Below, one piece after another: positions 40,947-45,159 of a stretch of DNA of 45,159 nt. Position 1 is the stretch's first letter. Each line of letters starts with the position of its first letter. The stretch lies in the IMG/VR virus record IMGVR_UViG_3300029197_000008, one strand, 5' to 3'. This DNA comes from a virus. The notes beneath the pieces were generated by a model. That model had not been told where the DNA came from, did not search any database, and saw only the letters and a program-made list of their open reading frames with translations. The position numbers and the translations under genes were made by a program.

Positions 40947-43900
40947 TGTATCTGATACATTTAAGCAAAAACTACAGGACGGAGAAAGAGTCTGGCAGGA
41001 AGTGGAAATCACCTTTCCTGACGGAACTGTAAAAACAGTCAAAAATGAAATCATGGGCGAAAACTGCACTTTTTCCGATTGTGCAGAAAGTAGCGGCTTT
41101 CCGATTGGCTGCGTTGTTTGTAAATCCATGACATTGGAGTTGGACAACACTTCTGATCAGTGGAAAAACTATAATTTCTACATGGCAAAAGTTCATGCGT
41201 ATCTTAAAATGCAGACCTCTGTAGCAAGTCCGGCTACAACAGATGAATTGCTGGATGAAAACTATGACCCAATTCTTGACCAGAGTGGCGGTGCGATTCT
41301 GGCAACAAAAGCAGCGACAGAAGACAGAATCGAAACTATTGATAAAGGTATTTATACAATTACGACACCAGAACAATATGGCGAAATCCTTAGTTTTACT
41401 GCTCTTGATGATATGTACAAAGCAAATGCCACATATACATCAAAATTGGTATTGCCTCAGACAATTATTAATCTTGTCAGAGATGCGTGCGATACATTGA
41501 GCATTCCATTTGGTGGAACAATGCAACATGGCAATCTGATTATATCGGAGATTCCAGAAAATATGACATTTCGCCAGTTATTCGGATGGGCGGCAATGCT
41601 TGAGACTGCGAACGCTCGCCTGGACAGCAGAGGATACTTGCGATTTATCAAATGGGATTTTTCCAATGTGCAAGAAGATTATGGTGCAATTGCGGATGCT
41701 GATGGAAACATTACGTTTAAAGGTGGTGCAAATGTTGACTCCGATAACTTTATAAGCCCGGTAGGAAACTGGTCGATTGACAATGATGGTTTCTTGACAC
41801 TGATTGAATCAGCTACTGATACATCTGAAAAACTCAAAGACTTTTTTACAAGTCCGACTGTATCCAGCGATGATATTATAATCACTGGAATCAAGCTAAA
41901 AAATAGAGAAAATGAAGCCATGTACGGAAGCACAGGATATGTTCTTGAATTGGAGAACGACCTTGTTGCGGATTCGGACTTGGACACGGTAGCTGCTCAA
42001 ATTGGTGATTCCATAATTGGAGCTAAATTCCGTAACATGTCGGGAGAACTTGCATATAATCCACTCATTGAGTTTGGAGATATGGCATATACTTACGACC
42101 GCAAGTGGAATAGGTATATCACTCCACTGACAGACGTTTCCTGTTTCGTTAATGGAAAGACCACTGTAAAAACTCAAGCCGATGATCCGATCAGAGGAAT
42201 GAGCAAGTTTGTTTCTGATGGGACGAAAGCCATTGTTGAAGCAAGACGACTTGTTAAAAAAGAACAATCAGCTAGAGAAAAAGCAGTAAAGAAATTAGAA
42301 GAAACCTTAAAAAATTCTTCTGGATTATATGAAACATCAGTCGCACAGGAAGATGGTAGTACTATCACATATCTGCACGATAAGCCTACACTCGCAGAAT
42401 CAAAAAATGTAATTAAATTCACAGCAGAAGCCATTGGCGTATCCAATGATGGTGGCAAAACATATCCTTACGGTTTCTTTCTGACAGGCGATTTGATAGC
42501 AAAAATTCTGTACGCGCATGGTATCAATGCTGATTATATTGACACAGGCGCACTGACTGTCAGAGATAGCGATGGAAACATAATCTTCCAGGTTGATATG
42601 GATACCAAAAAAGTAATCATCAGTGGTGATAATGTTGTAATTGGTGACAGTTCTTTGCCGGATAAACTGACAAAAATGGACAACAATATTGCATCTGCCA
42701 AGAATATGACATTCCAGCTGTCGAACGATATGCAGACGATCACATCTGACGCAGACGGAAACATTCCGGTATTTCCGACAGTGGCAACTACAGCGAAAGT
42801 TATGTACGGATCGTCAGATATCACAAATGATTGTAGCTATACCATTACAAAATCAGACAGTGTAACCGGCTCTTGGGATGTCAATACGCACACCTATACA
42901 GTCACAGGACTGATAGCTGATAACGGATGGGTGGATATTAAAGCCACTTACCTGCAAACCTTGTCCATCACAAGAAGATTCACGATTGCCAAGCTTAAAG
43001 CTGGAAAGAACGGAGTCAATGGGCTGGATGGTTTGCAAGGCGAAAAAGGCGAACAAGGAGTTCCCGGAAAAGATGGCAAAGATGGAACAAATGGAGTAGA
43101 CGGCAAGACATCATATTTCCACATCAAATATAGTTCCGTGGCAAATCCGACATCATCTAGTCAGATGACTGAAACTCCGTCCACGTATATAGGTACTTAT
43201 GTAGACTATGAACCGAATGACAGCACAGACCCGAAGAAATATACGTGGTCAAAATTCGAGGGGTCTGATGGTAAAGATGGTATTGCTGGAACGAACGGCA
43301 CAGACGGAAAGACGTATTATCTACATATTGCCTACGCGAACAGTGCTGATGGAAAGACAGGCTTTTCGGTTTCTGATGGAACTAATAAACTGTATATTGG
43401 CCAGTATACGGATACCACCAAGACAGATTCCACTGACCCGACAAAATATACATGGAGTAAGATTAAGGGCGAGACGGGAGCTGATGGAAAACCGGGAAGA
43501 ACCTACATCATTGAGCCGTCTTGTAACGTGCTGAAACGTGGTTCAGATAAAGTGATTAGTCCAAACTTTATAACCTTTAAAGCGTATTATCGTGATGGTG
43601 ATTCAGCTGCTAGAGTACCTTATAAAGGCAGATTTATCGTTGAAGAAACTGTTGATGGAAGTGCTTGGAAAACCATTTATATTAGTTCAACCGATGAGGA
43701 TACAGTAACACACTACCTGTATTCTATTTTAACAAATAGTTCAGGTCAAGCAGTAGCAAGCTCCAATGGCTCAACCATTGGTATTCCTAGAGATGTGACG
43801 AATGTTAGATGTAAATTATATGCATCCGGTGGTACTACGACATTGATGGATATGCAGAGCGTGGCGGTCGTTATTGATATAGACAATTTGACGCAGGAGC

Positions 43901-44778
43901 AAATAGTTAGCATTCTGACTAATGACGGGGCTTGGAAGGGATTATATTATAGCAATGGGCGTCTCTACGTCAGCCTTGATGCTCTTCTTGGTGGAACAGT
44001 TACCTTGGGCGGCAAAAAGAATGGGAACGGTTATCTGAAAATTAAAGATGCCAGCAATGCTGTTAAAGGATTAATTGATCGCTCTGGATATACTGTATTT
44101 ACAAGCTACGAAGAAAATTCAGAGTACATGAAATATACAGGTGTACAGTTTTCAAGCGATGGAATATTCCCTGTTGATATCAAGAAGTTCTTTGGCGATG
44201 AAGTAGATATTGAAATCGAAAATAGCGAAAATTGGGGAATCAGTTGGGACGATAACAGTCTAACCGTACATGCCACAGAGGTATCGGCTGACACTGGTAC
44301 ATTTGAAAATTTAACTGTTACTAATCCTGCATCTTTCGCAAAATCGCCAAAGATAGAAGACATGGAGTATACGACATCATCAAATACTGTTTGTTGGGAT
44401 GGACGTACAGGATACAAACAGCTGATGCTAAAATCTTCATCTTCAAAGCGCTATAAAGATATCGGAAGCGATATTTCGGAGCAAGAAATTGAAGAATGGT
44501 ACAATATCGAACCAACGTGGGCGAAATACAAAAAGGGATATCTAGTTAAAGGGGACGAGAATGAAGGAAGATATATCCCGATGTTTATTGCTGAGAATGT
44601 AGAAGCATTCTTTCCGGAAGCTACTCGGCATCAAAACGGACTTGTTGAGGACTGGAACGAACGTATCATGATACCTGCTATGTTTGCAATGATAAAAAGC
44701 CAGAAAGAACAGCTTGACCGACAGGAGAAACTAATTAATCAGCTCTATGAAAAGTTCAATATAGAAAAGGAGAATTAA
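40939..44778 (+). CDS. Tail-associated spike/fibre protein with collagen-like triplets and a C-terminal S74-type intramolecular chaperone domain
   Basis: GKNGVNGLDGLQGEKGEQGVPGKDGKDGTNGVDGKT. A duplicated module of about 60 aa ends ...DSTDP(K/T)KYTWSK. C-terminal SSSSKRYKDIG ... IPMFIAENVEAFFPEA. Confidence 0.85.
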   Translation: MINVSDTFKQKLQDGERVWQEVEITFPDGTVKTVKNEIMGENCTFSDCAESSGFPIGCVVCKSMTLELDNTSDQWKNYNFYMAKVHAYLKMQTSVASPATTDELLDENYDPILDQSGGAILATKAATEDRIETIDKGIYTITTPEQYGEILSFTALDDMYKANATYTSKLVLPQTIINLVRDACDTLSIPFGGTMQHGNLIISEIPENMTFRQLFGWAAMLETANARLDSRGYLRFIKWDFSNVQEDYGAIADADGNITFKGGANVDSDNFISPVGNWSIDNDGFLTLIESATDTSEKLKDFFTSPTVSSDDIIITGIKLKNRENEAMYGSTGYVLELENDLVADSDLDTVAAQIGDSIIGAKFRNMSGELAYNPLIEFGDMAYTYDRKWNRYITPLTDVSCFVNGKTTVKTQADDPIRGMSKFVSDGTKAIVEARRLVKKEQSAREKAVKKLEETLKNSSGLYETSVAQEDGSTITYLHDKPTLAESKNVIKFTAEAIGVSNDGGKTYPYGFFLTGDLIAKILYAHGINADYIDTGALTVRDSDGNIIFQVDMDTKKVIISGDNVVIGDSSLPDKLTKMDNNIASAKNMTFQLSNDMQTITSDADGNIPVFPTVATTAKVMYGSSDITNDCSYTITKSDSVTGSWDVNTHTYTVTGLIADNGWVDIKATYLQTLSITRRFTIAKLKAGKNGVNGLDGLQGEKGEQGVPGKDGKDGTNGVDGKTSYFHIKYSSVANPTSSSQMTETPSTYIGTYVDYEPNDSTDPKKYTWSKFEGSDGKDGIAGTNGTDGKTYYLHIAYANSADGKTGFSVSDGTNKLYIGQYTDTTKTDSTDPTKYTWSKIKGETGADGKPGRTYIIEPSCNVLKRGSDKVISPNFITFKAYYRDGDSAARVPYKGRFIVEETVDGSAWKTIYISSTDEDTVTHYLYSILTNSSGQAVASSNGSTIGIPRDVTNVRCKLYASGGTTTLMDMQSVAVVIDIDNLTQEQIVSILTNDGAWKGLYYSNGRLYVSLDALLGGTVTLGGKKNGNGYLKIKDASNAVKGLIDRSGYTVFTSYEENSEYMKYTGVQFSSDGIFPVDIKKFFGDEVDIEIENSENWGISWDDNSLTVHATEVSADTGTFENLTVTNPASFAKSPKIEDMEYTTSSNTVCWDGRTGYKQLMLKSSSSKRYKDIGSDISEQEIEEWYNIEPTWAKYKKGYLVKGDENEGRYIPMFIAENVEAFFPEATRHQNGLVEDWNERIMIPAMFAMIKSQKEQLDRQEKLINQLYEKFNIEKEN

Positions 44779-44779
44779 T

Positions 44780-45082
44780 ATGGCAAAATTTAATGAATAT
44801 CCCGTAAAAACAACACCAAAAGATGCAGATAAATTTATGCTTTACAGTGCGGAGGATGCGGCAAACAAGCTGATTGATTATGATAAGCTTGCTGATGCGG
44901 TACTCAATAAATTGACATCAAAGACCTTCGGACTGGATCAGGGAACGATGACGTTACCGGCCGCGCTTAACCAATTAAATAGTAACCGGTTAAAACCCTT
45001 TTATAAAGGTATGATCACCAATAGACTAGTTACTGTTCCTCTTGTTCCGGGACTTTATCTAGTTTCAACGTATCCTATATAG
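44780..45082 (+). CDS. Small tail-fibre-like protein, paralogue of the constant part of 279-701 with a very short tip
   Basis: SD AAAAGGAG. TTPKDADKFMLYSAEDAANKLIDYDKLADAVLNKL ... LNQLNSN followed by only 31 aa. The stop corresponds to 86-88 in start coordinates. Confidence 0.6.
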   Translation: MAKFNEYPVKTTPKDADKFMLYSAEDAANKLIDYDKLADAVLNKLTSKTFGLDQGTMTLPAALNQLNSNRLKPFYKGMITNRLVTVPLVPGLYLVSTYPI

Positions 45083-45159
45083 AATGAATTATGAAATGGA
45101 GGTACATAAATAGCCGGTGCAAGCATAAGCCCTACATCAGTGCAGACAGGGGCGAAATA
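44995..45159. repeat. Terminal overlap copy 2 (identical to 1-165)
   Basis: Same as copy 1. Confidence 0.95.

Larger units (their letters stand above)
1..44994. mobile_element. Complete, circularly closed temperate phage genome (unit length 44,994 bp)
   Basis: Exact 165-nt overlap between the window start and end. Integrase/repressor, replication, packaging, head, tail and lysis modules are all present. Confidence 0.85.

Noticed and set aside
1-45159. Diversity-generating retroelement, CRISPR-Cas, restriction-modification or toxin-antitoxin loci
   Set aside because: No reverse transcriptase, cas, methyltransferase or recognisable toxin motifs were seen in any frame. Tail-fibre variation here is recombinase-based.

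Overview
The window is a complete temperate siphovirus-type phage genome. It is assembled as a circle: bases 1-165 recur exactly at 44995-45159, giving a unit length of 44,994 bp. Low GC, AGGAGG-type ribosome-binding sites, a GH25 endolysin and a large serine integrase point to a Firmicutes (Clostridia-like) host; this host call is inference.

Gene order:
- Tail-fibre tip region, 44780 wrapping to about 3019
- Endolysin, 3032-4489
- Lysogeny module on the minus strand, 4707-9041: serine integrase, SHOCT membrane protein, orphan LytTR response regulator, CI-like repressor
- Early region with moron-like genes, 9042-12547
- Replication and recombination, 12550-16694, followed by an iteron origin
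- About 25 small early/middle ORFs
- Terminator plus late promoter at about 21776-21857
- terL, portal and MuF genes
- A 4.3-kb accessory island, then an RNA locus
- Scaffold, major capsid, connector genes (interrupted by a holin and a DUF4417 gene), and tail genes up to a 1279-aa spike

The most interesting item is a shufflon-like switch. A 16-nt codon-phased repeat occurs in inverted and direct copies and bounds start-less, tail-to-tail C-terminal cassettes of a small tail-fibre gene. A dedicated tyrosine recombinase sits between the copies, and a decayed second half (a site-less cassette plus a truncated second recombinase) lies next to it.

Other leads:
- A 660-nt non-coding locus driven by a duplicated late promoter, holding two tRNA-like elements with non-canonical anticodon loops
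- A self-contained five-gene low-complexity/Cys-rich operon inside the head module, preceded by four tandem 10-12-bp repeats
- An orphan LytTR regulator operon in the lysogeny module
- A 42-bp duplicated bidirectional promoter/RBS element driving two leftward morons

All functional calls come from motif recognition by eye. No database search was run.
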